DNA of 63,738 nucleotides, counting the filler, from Guillardia theta CCMP2712 (Eukaryota > Protista > Cryptophyta): assembly GCF_000315625.1 (NCBI RefSeq). It is 4 parts of 4 records of this genome, joined end to end, with 100 filler letters (N's around TTAATTAATTAA, not from the genome) between each part and the next. Parts side by side here need not be neighbours in the genome. Positions count along the whole stretch, not along the records: positions 30,874 to 52,552 come from NW_005434593.1; positions 52,653 to 60,040 come from NW_005434229.1; 2 more parts are not named here. The stretch is one strand, 5' to 3'. Shown piece by piece: positions 46,560 through 58,456 of this stretch (positions are counted from its first letter, which is position 1; every line of letters begins with the position of its first letter). Made by a program: the position numbers and the translations under genes. The notes below the pieces were generated by a model that saw only the letters and a list, made by a program, of their open reading frames with translations, ran no database searches and had not been told where the DNA came from.

Positions 46560-48898
46560 AATCTTGGCTCACGTTGTGTTGTCTGTCATGTTGTGATGAG
46601 AGAAATTTCCCATGACATCTGAACATCAACGACGATGAGAACATGCTAACTTGCATTGAGAAGAAGCACCTGCAACGTTGGCGGATGTTTTGTTCAAGAG
46701 CGATTTGTGGGTGTAACCGAACTTTGCGAAGTGATGTTTCAGGCCCTCGATGATACCTGGAAGAGACGATGAGAAGAAAGATGAATTGGGATGGAAGGAA
46801 GCAGATAGAAAACGTTAGGAGAGGAGGACGGGGATGAGAAGAAAAGGAGAGGAGGGGAGAAAAAGCGACAGGGCGACAAGGATGGGGAAGCAGAAACAAC
46901 ATTCTACAACGCGAAACACAAAGGGCACATTTACAATATCCACAAGAGCAAGGAACTTGATCACAGATTTTCAAACATGGGAGGGCCAGATTTGAAAACA
47001 TCAACGAAAGCATCAAAATGAGCGCACCTCCTGCGTGCTTCCTGGTAGCTAAGATCACTTTCTCTAAGTTCTCGGAGTTCCTCCATCGGACAAGCCCTTC
47101 AGCAGCGTTCGCCACGAGAGCTCCGTGAACTCCTGAGTTGTTCAAACGTCAGATCCCAATCACAAGACAGAACAAAACTTCTTCATCATCTCCATCTCCA
47201 TCTCCATCTCCATCTCCATCTCCATCTCCATCTCCATCTCCATCTCCATTTCCATCTCCATTTCCATCTCCATCATCGTCGTCGTCGTTGACAAATTTTT
47301 GTTCTTCACACATCACATTTTCCAACACAAGAGACGTATTCAGACAGCATCTCCACAGCTCGACGACAACCTCCAACAATACCGTCCACAGGCTCAACAA
47401 GAATCCTCTACCCACCATCTCTCGTGATCTCGAACAGAGGCACGTCGTTCTCCCCATCCCCCGACACCATCATCTGTAAGCATGTCAGACAGCAGCGATA
47501 TGTGACTACGAGCATCACATTCGTCTTGTTGAAGCCCAAGATAGCAGAGCAGTGCAGAGTCGCGCTCCCCTTGCTGACCCCAGGAGGCACTAGCAGGACG
47601 TACCACTCGTACCCGCTCGACGATTGTATAGCGTCGAACTTCAGTCCCATCCTCCTCCTCAACGACGTGTCGAGGAGGGACAGGATCTTCTCTGAGACAT
47701 TCCTGCTGTTGGCTGCCAGCACGAACATGGGCTGTCCATTGTCATCTGCCAACGGCAGGAATTTGGTGATGTTGCTGCGGAGGGGAGCTAGGGTGACATT
47801 GACTGCGTCTCGCAGCTTCGGCCAGTTCCACAGCTCGTTCAACTTCTTCCTCCATTGCGCGTCAGGAACGGCCGTATGGTTGTCCCCGTCGAACCAGAAG
47901 ATCTCCGTCCCTTCGGAGCAGATGAGCGCCGTCGGCCGCTGCAGCACATCTCGATGGATCAGATCGAGGGCAGAGTGGAATGGTCGTCCGGTGTTATACA
48001 GGAGGCAAGACCCCTTCTTCTTGTACTCGTCGTTCCAGACTGTGAAGAAGTTCTTGATCTGCTCGTCATCACCAAGCAGCGTCCCGTCGAGGTCAGTCGC
48101 CAAGAAGACAGCGCTGTCTTCTGCCTTGGGGTATATCCTACACTTCCTCTCAAAGTCCTCGACCTTGGTCTCTCCATTCTGCAGAACAACCTTGTACTTG
48201 TAGGAGATGATGTCGGTATCGAAAATGGCTTCTCCTATCCAGTGCTGCTGTCTGATCTTGGACTTGTCCTGGTGCAACAGGATCTCGACCTTGACCCCCT
48301 GCGCGCCGCCTCTCCCACCTATCTCAACCACCACGTAGACTTTGGAGGCTGCAGGGATGCTGTCCAGGAGCAAGGAGAACCTCACTTGCGGCTGACTTCT
48401 CTTCACTGGGAAGGCTTCGTCGAACTTGTCGATGGTCACGGCGCCGCCCTCCTCCTCCTTCTCAATGTACTTGGATATCATCCTAGTAAAGCTGCTCCAA
48501 ATCCCCGTGGGCCCCTGAGTGTCTTCTCCTCCTCGGAGGTTAAGTGAACGACGTCCCACGACCTCCTCTTCTCTTCCTGCTGCATGATCTCTTGCCGCCA
48601 TGGCGTCTTGTCTTGCCGCCATGGCGTCTTGTCTTGCCGCCATGGCGTCTTGCCTCGTCCATGGCCGGATCTCCCTTGCATGGGCGATCAAACCTGGGTT
48701 CCGGATCCGCCTGCTTCCCCATCCTCCTCCTACCACATCCTGTGCTTGATCTACCAGGGTTCTCCTCTCTCCTCCTGACCCTGCTCCTAGTCCTGCTCCT
48801 AATCGTGCTCCTGCTACTCCTCCTCCTCCCTCCGCCATCGCCATCGCCATCATCGCCGTCACTGCGAGTAGCCGCATGGAGGGACGCAAGCAGGGCAT
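46560..48898 (-). CDS. Sucrose-phosphatase-like HAD IIB hydrolase with CBM20-like domain and signal/transit leader; 3' end approximate
   Basis: HAD motifs ATDLDGTLLG, YNTGR, SKGSA and SGDGEND, with later exons LVANA and GIIEGLKHHF. Upstream VRFSL..KVYVV..HWIGEA..ISYKYKVV resembles CBM20. Confidence 0.85.
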
Positions 48899-49243
48899 GA
48901 TGAGTAAGAGGGGGGAAGGCATAGGGGTAGGGGGTCATACCATCGCAGATTGGGTATGTCACAAAGGGGGGTAGAAAAGCTAAAAGTGGGGGGTGAATGT
49001 AGTACCAGGGTGGGTGGAGATACATGGAATGCATGGGATGGGTATGTCAGCGGATGAGGGGTTGACATATTAGATTACACTTATGAGGGTAGGGGTAGTG
49101 TTGGGGCCAGAAGGGGTTCTATTTACTGGGTATTGGTAGGGTAGGGTGGTTCTGCTGTGATGGCGGCGGGGAGGGAGGGTCGAGCGAGCGGCAAGAGGAG
49201 GACAGGAGGAGGAGGAGGAGGAGGGAGAGGTAGGCAGTATACA

Positions 49244-49244
49244 G

Positions 49245-49338
<94 letters not shown>
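49244..49338. repeat. (GAGCAG)n microsatellite
   Basis: Directly visible. Confidence 0.9.
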
Positions 49339-49622
49339 TCACCTTTGTCATCAGCAACGAGCACTCCTGGGGAATCATCATGCCACAGGGTTGAAGAAGC
49401 GGATTTTGTGGAGGATAGACGCTGAGTAATCAGAATGTGATGGAAAATCGCAACAGAGTCAAGAATCAAAGAACATGCTATCAGTGGAGTTGACAGGCAT
49501 GGTCAGAATAGAGGCAGGGTACTTGTTGATATGAATGTGTGTCGGAATATCCTTGGGCTTCACAGCCGTCTTCCCACAGTTGCCATCTCCTTGGTAAGAG
49601 ATCTGAACTTGTTTCGCAGGCC

Positions 49623-51165
49623 ATGTCGGAGGATTCAGCATTGGAGCAGGTGATCTCACGTATTCTTGTCATCTCGTTCATGCTGATGCCTGTATCTTTC
49701 CACACAGTACCTGATCCAGGCAAAGAACGCCAAGGGGAGAGCAGCCGCTATCCTGGTGGAACAAGCGATCTCCAACTCTTACGTCTTTCACTTTGCAGAG
49801 CTGTTAGAACATGAAAACATCATTGCTCTTGCTGCAAACGCAGAGACAAAACCATGGAGCGACTTGCTGCAGATCTTTGCGTATGGGACGTACGGAGACT
49901 ACGTGACCAATGCTGGGGCCCTTCCCCCATTAGATGAAAGTCAAAAGTTGAAACTGAAACAACTCACAATCATAACGTTAGCCAATCAGAACAAGGTGGA
50001 TGCTCGATTGTGTTGAGAATGAGGGTGAGAGGTTGTGTCAGGTCATCCCTTACGCGACTCTCCTCCAAGAGCTGGACTTCAAGGACACTAGATCAGTGAG
50101 CGAGTGATTACTTCCTGCACGCTCATGGCTGAAATGCGCGCTGCCCCTTGCGAAAGGTGGAAGACTGCATCATAGAAGGGATGTACTCCGGTCTCTTCAA
50201 GGGCAAGCTCGACCAAAAGAAGCAAGAGTTTCAGGTACCCCAGCATGAGATTGTTTGTGATGATGATGCAAATCGTACTCCCTCGTCCCATCTCGTCACG
50301 TTTCCAAACTGCCTCCCCCCCAGGCTTGCACTGTTTCACGGTCCTTCTTGCCAGGTGCAAGAGACTGCCGGTCGTGATTGCAAGCCAGGAAAGCTCCAAG
50401 AGATGATTGCTGTGCTGCAAGCTTGGGTACAGGTGAAGCATCCGACATGTTTTCAACTCATCCTAAGATATTTGGTTTCTCACACTTGTCTTCTTCCCAA
50501 CAGGCTGCGGAGAACACGTCGGGACAGATTAGAGACAAGATCAAGCATGCGGAAAACTGCCAGGAGGTGACGGGAAGACTTCGGCGCTTTCCTCTCCTCC
50601 TGACCTCTTCCCCAGGCGGAGTTAGGTCGGGTCAAGGACTTTCAGAATCGGGTGGACGAGATGAAGAAAACGCTGCAGGTGCGGGAATGTAGAGGCGGGC
50701 TCGCACTGAAGTGACGGCAACAGTCGGTACAAGGAGATCTAGAGGGAACTCAGTTGTCGGGACATTCCGAGAGCATGGAAATGGATGATGTAGCGTCCTC
50801 CCCACCCCCCACCCTACCCCAGGATCCTTTCCCTCCCTACCCCTCACCTGTCTTCTCCCCCAACTCCTCCTCATGCTCATTCCCCTGTTCGCGCTTCCTT
50901 GCTGTGCTGCTTGCATGTCTCTTTCCACCTCCTACCCTCCGCGTCCTTGCCCTTGGTGGATAACCCCCCCTCCCTCTTTCCTCGCACTTTCCCTTCCTCG
51001 CTCTCCTGAACTACTCGTCTTATGCTCGCTCTCCTATCCTCCCATCCTCTCTCTACCCTCCCTCCTCTCCTCGCCATCCATCGCTAACTTTTCTCGCAGG
51101 TTTCAAGGCCCAAGAGCAGGCCAAAGACGAAGCATCCGTCAGGGGCGAGCAATCCGCGTCACTGA
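49623..51165 (+). CDS. CSN7: COP9 signalosome subunit 7 (PCI domain)
   Basis: MSEDSALEQ/YLIQAKNAKGRAAA..VFHFAELL..LLQIFAYGTYGDY..QKLKLKQLTIITLA..IPYATLLQELD..VEDCIIEGMYSGLFKGKLDQK. Confidence 0.9.
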
Positions 51166-51256
51166 GTGGAGAATGAGGAGGAGGATGACGATGAGGATGG
51201 AGCATGTGAGGAAGGGGAGAAGAGCGAGTCGCTACTTATCGCTGCCTATGTTGATG

Positions 51257-52280
51257 CTACGAGTACAAGGACGAAGCAGTCGGGTCTCGCGCTCGTACCT
51301 GATATGATTGGTGTAAGAGGAGGACAAGGAAAAAGAGCAACAGGTGGACGAGGATCACGTAGAGGAGGAGGAGGAGGAGGAGGAGGAGGAGGAGGAGGAG
51401 GAGGAGGAGGAGGAGGAGGAGGGAAAGGCGAAGCGGGGTACCAGGTCCTCAGCGAGGTCGAAGGCCACTCGCTCCGATGGAAGGGAGTAGCGGCAGATGG
51501 GGCAGCTGCAGTGAGAGTTACAAGGACCAACTCCGCGTCCTCTTACCTGTTCTTCCTCTCCAGCCACTCCATGAGACAGTCGTAGTGGAATGGATGACCA
51601 CATGGCATCATCTGCGCACGATGAGTAGGAGGCAGAGGCTGGGAGGAAGAGGCAACCTTGGCCTTGCCGTTGACGGGGAACTCTTCCTGGCAGACAGCAC
51701 AGACGACGTCCTTCCCTTGGACTGTCTTCATGTCAAGGTTGAACCTCGCGTCTCGGCTGGCAGGAGGAGGGCCGCCCATGTCACCTGCAATAGCAATCAG
51801 CCCCTGTTCCCCCCTTTGAGCTCGGGCCCAGGTCTCTGACCGATCGGGACTGAGTGGAGGAGATCGGCGACGTCGACTTCGGTGATGAGAGACTGGAGCA
51901 GGTCATGGAGGGTCATGCGAGGAGGCTCCTGGCTGAGGACAGTGAAGGATCAGAGTCGAGACTGAGGGCTTGAAGGCTACCTGGTCGGAGCCTCCTGCTT
52001 CGGAGGTCCCTCCTCCTTCTCGGGGGACTTCTCTGCCTCCGCTGCCGCCATGTCGATCCAACCCTTGACCTCCTTTGAACGCTCGGCCTCGTCCTCCATC
52101 AAGCTCAACAGCGTCTCGAAGAGCTTCTTCCCTGCCTGCCAGAACTTTGCTCCCGTGTATCTCCAGGGAGACGTCAGGAGGGGAGGAGGACAGGAGGCTG
52201 AATGAACCTTGATCGGAGGAGCGAGAAGGCCCTCTTGCAGGCCTCATACAGCTCATCCCTCGTGTTCTTGTCCGCTTCAT
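51257..52280 (-). CDS. RING-H2 E3 ubiquitin ligase (RNF181/RNF126-like)
   Basis: GPPPAS..CAVCQEEF..MPCGHPFHYDCLMEWLERKN/SCPICRYSLP. Confidence 0.85.
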
Positions 52281-52483
52281 GGTAGTGTTTCGTTAGCAAT
52301 GCCACCAGTGATCGGGTAGCCTGCAATGAGTGTCAGGTATGGCAGCTGCGCAGCTTCAACCATCCCCCTCTACCCCATCTCGTCCACCCTCTTTCCCCCA
52401 TCCTCTTACCAACACTCCCACCTCCTTTCCTCCCATCGCATGCCATCGCACCCCTACATTCCTCTCTTCCTCTCCTCCTCCTC

Positions 52484-52518
<35 letters not shown>

Positions 52519-52552
52519 CACTATTTTTGTCGCTGGAAAAGAAAAGGGATCG

Positions 52553-52652
52553 NNNNNNNNNNNNNNNNNNNNNNNNNNNNNNNNNNNNNNNNNNNNTTAA
52601 TTAATTAANNNNNNNNNNNNNNNNNNNNNNNNNNNNNNNNNNNNNNNNNNNN
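52553..52652. other. Artificial scaffold linker
   Basis: N-TTAATTAATTAA-N, 100 nt. Confidence 0.97.
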
Positions 52653-52832
52653 GAGGATTCCATTTAGCTCCAAGAGCCAAGACTCTATCTTCATATGAAA
52701 TATTGCAATCAAAATAAAACTTTTGAAAGGCGTCATTGCCGGAACTCTGATACCAATAATCAAGATCTTCTTGAAGAGAAATATATTTAATTTCAATGCG
52801 TTTTTTGAATTTGGAGGTTGGTGTCTTATAAT

Positions 52833-53492
52833 CTATATAATTACAAGATATATGTATAGAACTTCACCAAGAGGATGAGATATAAGAATGGAGAATCCTT
52901 TTTCATCGTTGGAAATTGTATAATTCCAATTTTTGTTATTCAAGATAATGCATGCATTATGTATAAAAATAAAATCAGCGAGAGGTTTTGAGAGATATTG
53001 ACAAGAAACATTATGTTTAATGACATAGTTAGAATCCATTTGAATCTGTGTCAAAGATGTGATTCTAGGCAACAAATGATGAATAACTGTAAGTATGCTC
53101 ATAATGATTTGAACGGTATTGCTTCCACAGAAATCAATCATCATATGAAAGGGGTATTGACAATGATCAAGAACATGAAAATAGTCAGATATGTTATAGT
53201 GATCATTTGTAAGAATAAAGCAATATATTCTATGTTGATTTGATGAAATGACAACATGAAACTGATTAAATAGTGGATGAAAAAGGTCAATAATCGATTG
53301 ATTCATAAGAGCTTCTTCATGTGTTTGAGCATCAAAATTAAAACATAAATGGTGTGGATTGTTGTTATTACAACTACAGTGACAATATTGTTGAAATTTT
53401 GGAACAAATTCGGATTGTTCTATAATAACTCTAACAAGACATTCAATATCAACACAATGATCATGTTTTAGGAATGTTTTAAAATATGCCAA
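52833..53492 (-). CDS. Hypothetical AT-rich intronless protein (219 aa), probably viral
   Basis: Long ORF in the AT-rich island, overlapping the upstream gene by 25 nt. Confidence 0.6.
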   Translation of the reverse strand: MAYFKTFLKHDHCVDIECLVRVIIEQSEFVPKFQQYCHCSCNNNNPHHLCFNFDAQTHEEALMNQSIIDLFHPLFNQFHVVISSNQHRIYCFILTNDHYNISDYFHVLDHCQYPFHMMIDFCGSNTVQIIMSILTVIHHLLPRITSLTQIQMDSNYVIKHNVSCQYLSKPLADFIFIHNACIILNNKNWNYTISNDEKGFSILISHPLGEVLYIYLVII

Positions 53493-54142
53493 ATGAAGGA
53501 CTGTAATAAATGGTCAATTTGCTCAATGTTCTTATTGTATATGCATTTCGGACACATTGCTTTACGAATACATTGAAATTGTTTGGCAGGCTTATCAATG
53601 GCTTGTAAGATAGATTTAGCATCAAGTTCAAACCATGGTTCTGGACGGGAAGACTCATCAGTAAGGTGTGAGTTATAGATCTCAAATATAGCAACAATGT
53701 GAATGGAGTCCTGAACCCTTTTCAAGAGAGCCACATCAGCGATCTTGATTGCTCCATTAAATTCAAAGCGATGTTCAAGGTGAACAAAAGAATTATCTAC
53801 TTCAGGAATATCCAAGTCATATAGTATGGATTTACAATCCGAACACTTCCTGTACAGTGTGAAAGGGATGCCTTCTTCAAGGATATGCTTGATTGCTAAT
53901 TTAGCATCTTTATGAACCTGTGATTCAGAGGGACAGTTATAGTAAGTACAAGGATCCGTTTCCTTGAAATGAGCAAAATGATGGATTCTCTTATCGCCTT
54001 TACGAAGAATAAGAGGTTTATTGCAATCAGGACAGATATATTCATCCTTCTTGCTGGCAAATTTTGCTGGACAATATTTTCCAGATTTCTTGTGGATAGC
54101 TCCTGGATTATTGAATTTGTTTGACATTGATATATAATACAT
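53468..54142 (-). CDS. CoiA-like zinc-ribbon PD-(D/E)xK-type nuclease
   Basis: YICPDCNKPLILRKG..HHFAH; C..SESQVHKDAK; LEHRF..IADVALL..IFEIYNSH; PWFELDA. Confidence 0.8.
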   Translation of the reverse strand: MYYISMSNKFNNPGAIHKKSGKYCPAKFASKKDEYICPDCNKPLILRKGDKRIHHFAHFKETDPCTYYNCPSESQVHKDAKLAIKHILEEGIPFTLYRKCSDCKSILYDLDIPEVDNSFVHLEHRFEFNGAIKIADVALLKRVQDSIHIVAIFEIYNSHLTDESSRPEPWFELDAKSILQAIDKPAKQFQCIRKAMCPKCIYNKNIEQIDHLLQSFIWHILKHS

Positions 54143-55028
54143 ATATCAATATATTTCTTAAATATGTTATCATTTCAATGTGGAGTTTTCTTATAGAATA
54201 TAAAAAGTAAACTTCTAAACTTTTTGAATATTCTCAATATATTTTTGTTACGAGGATGGTAAGGGTTATAGTAAGGTTTTAGACTGTCTGCTGGGCGCCC
54301 TACATCGGGGGGGGGGGGTGTCTCAGTGCTTAGGGGGTCTTATTTTGGATAAGGTATATATATACGTCATTGCTGTTTAAAGGGGGTCGAGCAGACACTC
54401 AATTGTCAATACTAGAAGTATAGCATAGGATGATAAAGAGTTAGTAGGAGTACACTGAAACCTCGACAATATGCTTGTAGGTAGGGGTCAGATGAGTGTT
54501 GTAAAAATTCCCAGAGGAGTTTATCGTCACGGTGATTTTTTGAAGAAGCAGATTTGAAGTAGAAAGAGTTGTGAGAGATGGGCGTAGAAGGAGTATCTAA
54601 GTTGAATGATTCTGGAGCGAGAGTCTTTATTAAGGGGGAAGGGTTGATCGAAGCAGGACCAATAAGGGAAGAGGAGTGAGTGATTGGATGAGTATTGTAA
54701 TGTGAGGATGATGAGATGGTGTAGATCACGAGAGAGAGGATTATGTAGGAAGTGGATGGAGTGAGGGTCAGAGATGTGGAACCTGAAATCGAGGTACGGT
54801 AGTTGAGTAGGATGTGAGGGTTATGTTGAGTGGCGCGTAGGATGGTGAGATATAGTTTAGAGACGATGGAGTGCTTAAGTTTGATATTGGAGAGTATATC
54901 ATCATGTAGGAGTGTGAGGTCAATCATATTAGAGTTGATATAGATATAGATATAGATATAGATATATCATAGTATATACGGGAAAGTGTTAAATGGATAT
55001 GTGTGTGTAGGAGATGATGATTTTGTTG

Positions 55029-56770
55029 TATTGACTGAAAAAGAAGGGCAAACCGGAGCAAACAAAGGAGGGGGAGGATAAGGCCTACAAACCCGCCTCA
55101 ATAAAATACTAGGAAACGAAGGAGGCAGCGAAAACCGGCACTCCAACCACGCAAGCGACGGCCGCATGCACGACAAGCAGGGGAACAAGGATCAGGACAA
55201 AGAGCAGTAGCGCAAGGCCCCTGCGAGGAGGACGGCAAGACCCATACGAGAGCGATACTGCCGAAACAGGCGAGCACGCAAACGATGAAAGCCAGGGTCC
55301 CCATACACCGCCTCCTGAGCGCATCCATCCCACTCCGCTGTCAGCGTAGCTCCATGGTGATCCGCCAGGTACCAGAGAAACCGCAAAGCGTCAGCATGAA
55401 GAAGGGAAGAAAGGCCTTCGGCGGGTGATGGGTGCCATAACTTGCGCGATGATCGGAAATCTTCTGTTGGGCGGGGCCGGAGAGCGCAGAAAGTCCGACG
55501 GGGCTGCCGCTGCTGTTGTAGGGATGAGTCATCGTGAAGTCCAGAACCAGCCCATTCCAGGTGTGGGTGGAGAGGACGCGGTGCGCAAACGATCCGCATT
55601 GCGGGAGCTGGTCCCCCGGCCTGGCGAGGAATCCCTCACCCAGGGACGCAAAGTAGCCCTGAGACGCCGTACCCTTGCAGTCCAGCCCAATCATGACGAC
55701 AGGGTCATAGGCGAGCAACGTCGCCTCCGACGGAATGTGCTGATGCGTGAAAGGCCCTAGCGTGCACTGAAGGAGCTTGGCAAATCGAATCGCCCCATCT
55801 TCCAGACCGCCCGAGTGCTGAATCACCCGAGGATGAGCCTGAGTGAAGAAGTGGGTAAGGTCAGAGCGGTGGTAGCGAGTGAAGAGGCTAGAGCTCAATC
55901 GCCTCTGCAGGCTTCCTATGATAATTGGGCGTAAACCAGGTTTACCCGGCTTGGCAGCTGGGTAGTATATTCCCCCCCGCAGAAGGCTATCGATCTGGTC
56001 AATTCCGGTGCCATACCCCAAGAGTAGAGGTTTCAGAATGAAGTTCTTGTAGGCATCCTTGGTAGCCTCGTCCATTCGGAGGATAGGGCGCAAGAACTGA
56101 AAAGGTCGCCATCCTGTAAGATCCGCTGCAGCTGACTTGGTGAATTTACTCAGGACCTTATTGACATGCTTCTCATGAAGGATGGCATCCAAGAGAGATT
56201 CAGAGTCTGTATCTTCGTCGTCGCCCGAGGCCTCTCCGAATATGAGCTGATGACGGGAAGCTTGAAGGTTGCCTGGGTCAAGCAAGGAAACAGGGCTGGG
56301 GCTGTGAGGGAACTTCTCAAGAGTGTCGTGGTAAATCTGATCGAAGTCATCAGTCCGTAGGCCAGCCCCCGTGAGGGTACGTCTTGCTTTGTGAAGGTCT
56401 CGATTTTCATAATGTTCAAGGGCAATATCGAGCTTCCTGCGCTCAAGACTACGCCCGTTGGCCGCCGATTCCCTCGGAGCCGGAACCGGCGCCTGTGAGG
56501 ATCTCCCTCCACCACTCCCGCCGACGCCCCCGAGTCCAGCTCCTAACGCCTGTGAGGAACTTCCCACGTCTCCTCCGGTTGCCAGCAAGAATCTCTGGGC
56601 GTTGCTGCCGCCATCAGCTGTACCCTCAGAAAATTGGAGCTGTTGAGACAGTTTCTGAAAGAGTTTGTCCCAATGACCCTTCATAAAGAGTTTGACCCGG
56701 TGACAGATCTCAGCGTTTCCACGATTGATGGAGAGGCGAGGGCCCGGCGAGAGGAGCAATAGCGGGAGGG
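55029..56770 (-). mobile_element. CRE-like non-LTR retrotransposon family 2, internally deleted
   Basis: RVKLFMKGHWDKL; KSAAADLTGW (RT0); AKPGKPGLRPIIIGSLQRRL (RT1-2); QHSGGLEDG; IGLDCK (RT3). It then jumps to REL LVLDFTMTHP..QKISDHRASY..LHADALRFLWYLAD, followed by a 3' UTR. Confidence 0.85.
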
Positions 56771-56774
56771 CATC

Positions 56775-58455
56775 ATGCCATCCCAGAGAAGCCGAAGCTC
56801 CGACCCGCCAGTGGGCGCCCCCGCTCACCTTGCTCAAGCCCTCTCTGAGGAATTCGCCGACGTCCTCGTCGACGACCTGCCGCAAGGACTTCAGATCAAC
56901 CGGCCCCCTCAGTTTGACGCTCACATTCAGCTCAAGCCAGGGACCTTGCCCATTAACTGCAGGCCATACCGCATCCCCCTTCATCTTGAAGGAGAACTCC
57001 AGGCTACCATCGCGTACATGCTCGAACACGACATCATCGAACCCTCCAATAGTCCACGCTCCCCAACTGATCCCAAAAGCTACCGCTTTTGCTGCGACCT
57101 TCGCCGCTTGAACCAAGTCGTCTTGAATCAGCAGACCGCCGCAACTCCTACCGTCGATGAGATGTTGGAAAAGATCGCCGACACAGTCCGTCAAGGCAAA
57201 GCCCGTCGCAAAACCGATGAGCAGCTATGCATCACTACGCTTGATTGTATCAAGGGTTTTTGGCAGGTACTCGTACGTGTTCCTGATCGCCGATATCTCG
57301 CGTTCATCACACCGATTGGTCACTACCAATACAAGCGCCTACCATTTGGATTCATCACTGCTCCACCTGGGAAGCTCATGCCGATCACGTTCGCGCCGTG
57401 CTTCAACGCTGTCGCGAGCATCAGGTCTTCCTTAAGAGAGAGAAAGCTCAATTCTTTCGCACTGACTGAGTGTTGACTTCTTAGGTCACCGTGTCTCCGC
57501 CGACGGCGTGACGACCCAACACTCCAAGACGGCGGCTATCTCCGCGTGGCCGCTACCGACGACTACTAAACAAGTCAAGATGTTTCTTGGACTAGCTTCC
57601 TATTATCGAAAGTTCATCCGCAACTTCTCGACAATAGCAGCCCCTCTGACTGACCTTCTCCGCAAGGGCGCTCAGTTTCAGTGGACTGCAGCATGTCAAA
57701 GTGCGTTCGACAACCTCAAGCAAGCTCTGACGTCTCAGCCCCTCCTGCATCACTTCGACCCGTCCATTCCGACCGAAGTGCACTGCGACGCGTCCAACGT
57801 TGGAATAGGAGGCGTACTTCTACAGCAGCCTCCCAACGCCCCCGCCCGCGTCATCGGCTTCTACAGTCGTAAGTTGACTCCGACCGAACAACGATATCAC
57901 GCGACCGAACGAGAGTTACTNNNNNNNNNNNNNNNNNNNNNNNNNNNNNNNNNNNNNNNNNNNNNNNNNNNNNNNNNNNNNNNNNNNNNNNNNNNNNNNN
58001 NNNNNNNNNNNNNNNNNNNNNNNNNNNNNNNNNNNNNNNNNNNNNNNNNNNNNNNNNNNNNNNNNNNNNNNNNNNNNNNNNNNNNNNNNNNNNNCAAAGG
58101 TTCTCAGAACGTCGTCCCCGACGCTTCAAGCCGTCAAGATGAAGGTCCCCTCTCGACTGCAGTCGCTTCTCATCACGAGCAACTGTCCCGTCAAGAGGAC
58201 GGCTTCTTGCTCGCCTTCACCGTCAGCGCCTTGCAGCCTTTGTCGGACCAGATTCAAGCCGCCTACGAGACGTGCGACTTCTGTCGTCCTCTTATCCAAC
58301 GTCTCCGCGCCAAGTCTTCCGTAACTTCTTTTCATCTGGATGATGAGCTTCTGTTTTATACAGATTCGCTGCGCCGCATCCGCCTGTGCATTCCGCAAGC
58401 ATTGCGTCGAGAAGTTCTCTTCCGCGCCCACGACCTTCAGTCCCACCTGATAGGA
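56775..58455 (+). mobile_element. Ty3/gypsy LTR-retrotransposon pol remnant (RT, RNase H, start of integrase Zn domain), degenerate
   Basis: RPYRIP..IIEPSNSP..RFCCDLRRLN..LDCIKGFWQV..AFITPIGHYQYKRLPFG; FLGLASYYRKFI; CDASNVGIGGVLLQ; YSRKL..RYHATEREL; LCIP..AHD. The YxDD segment is deleted and there are frameshifts. Confidence 0.92.
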
Positions 58456-58456
58456 T

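Noticed and set aside
56775-57194. 617-aa ORF 55341-57194 as a single protein, or an overlapping antisense gene
   Set aside because: Its first ~140 aa are just the antisense of the gypsy RT; CRE homology starts near 56770.
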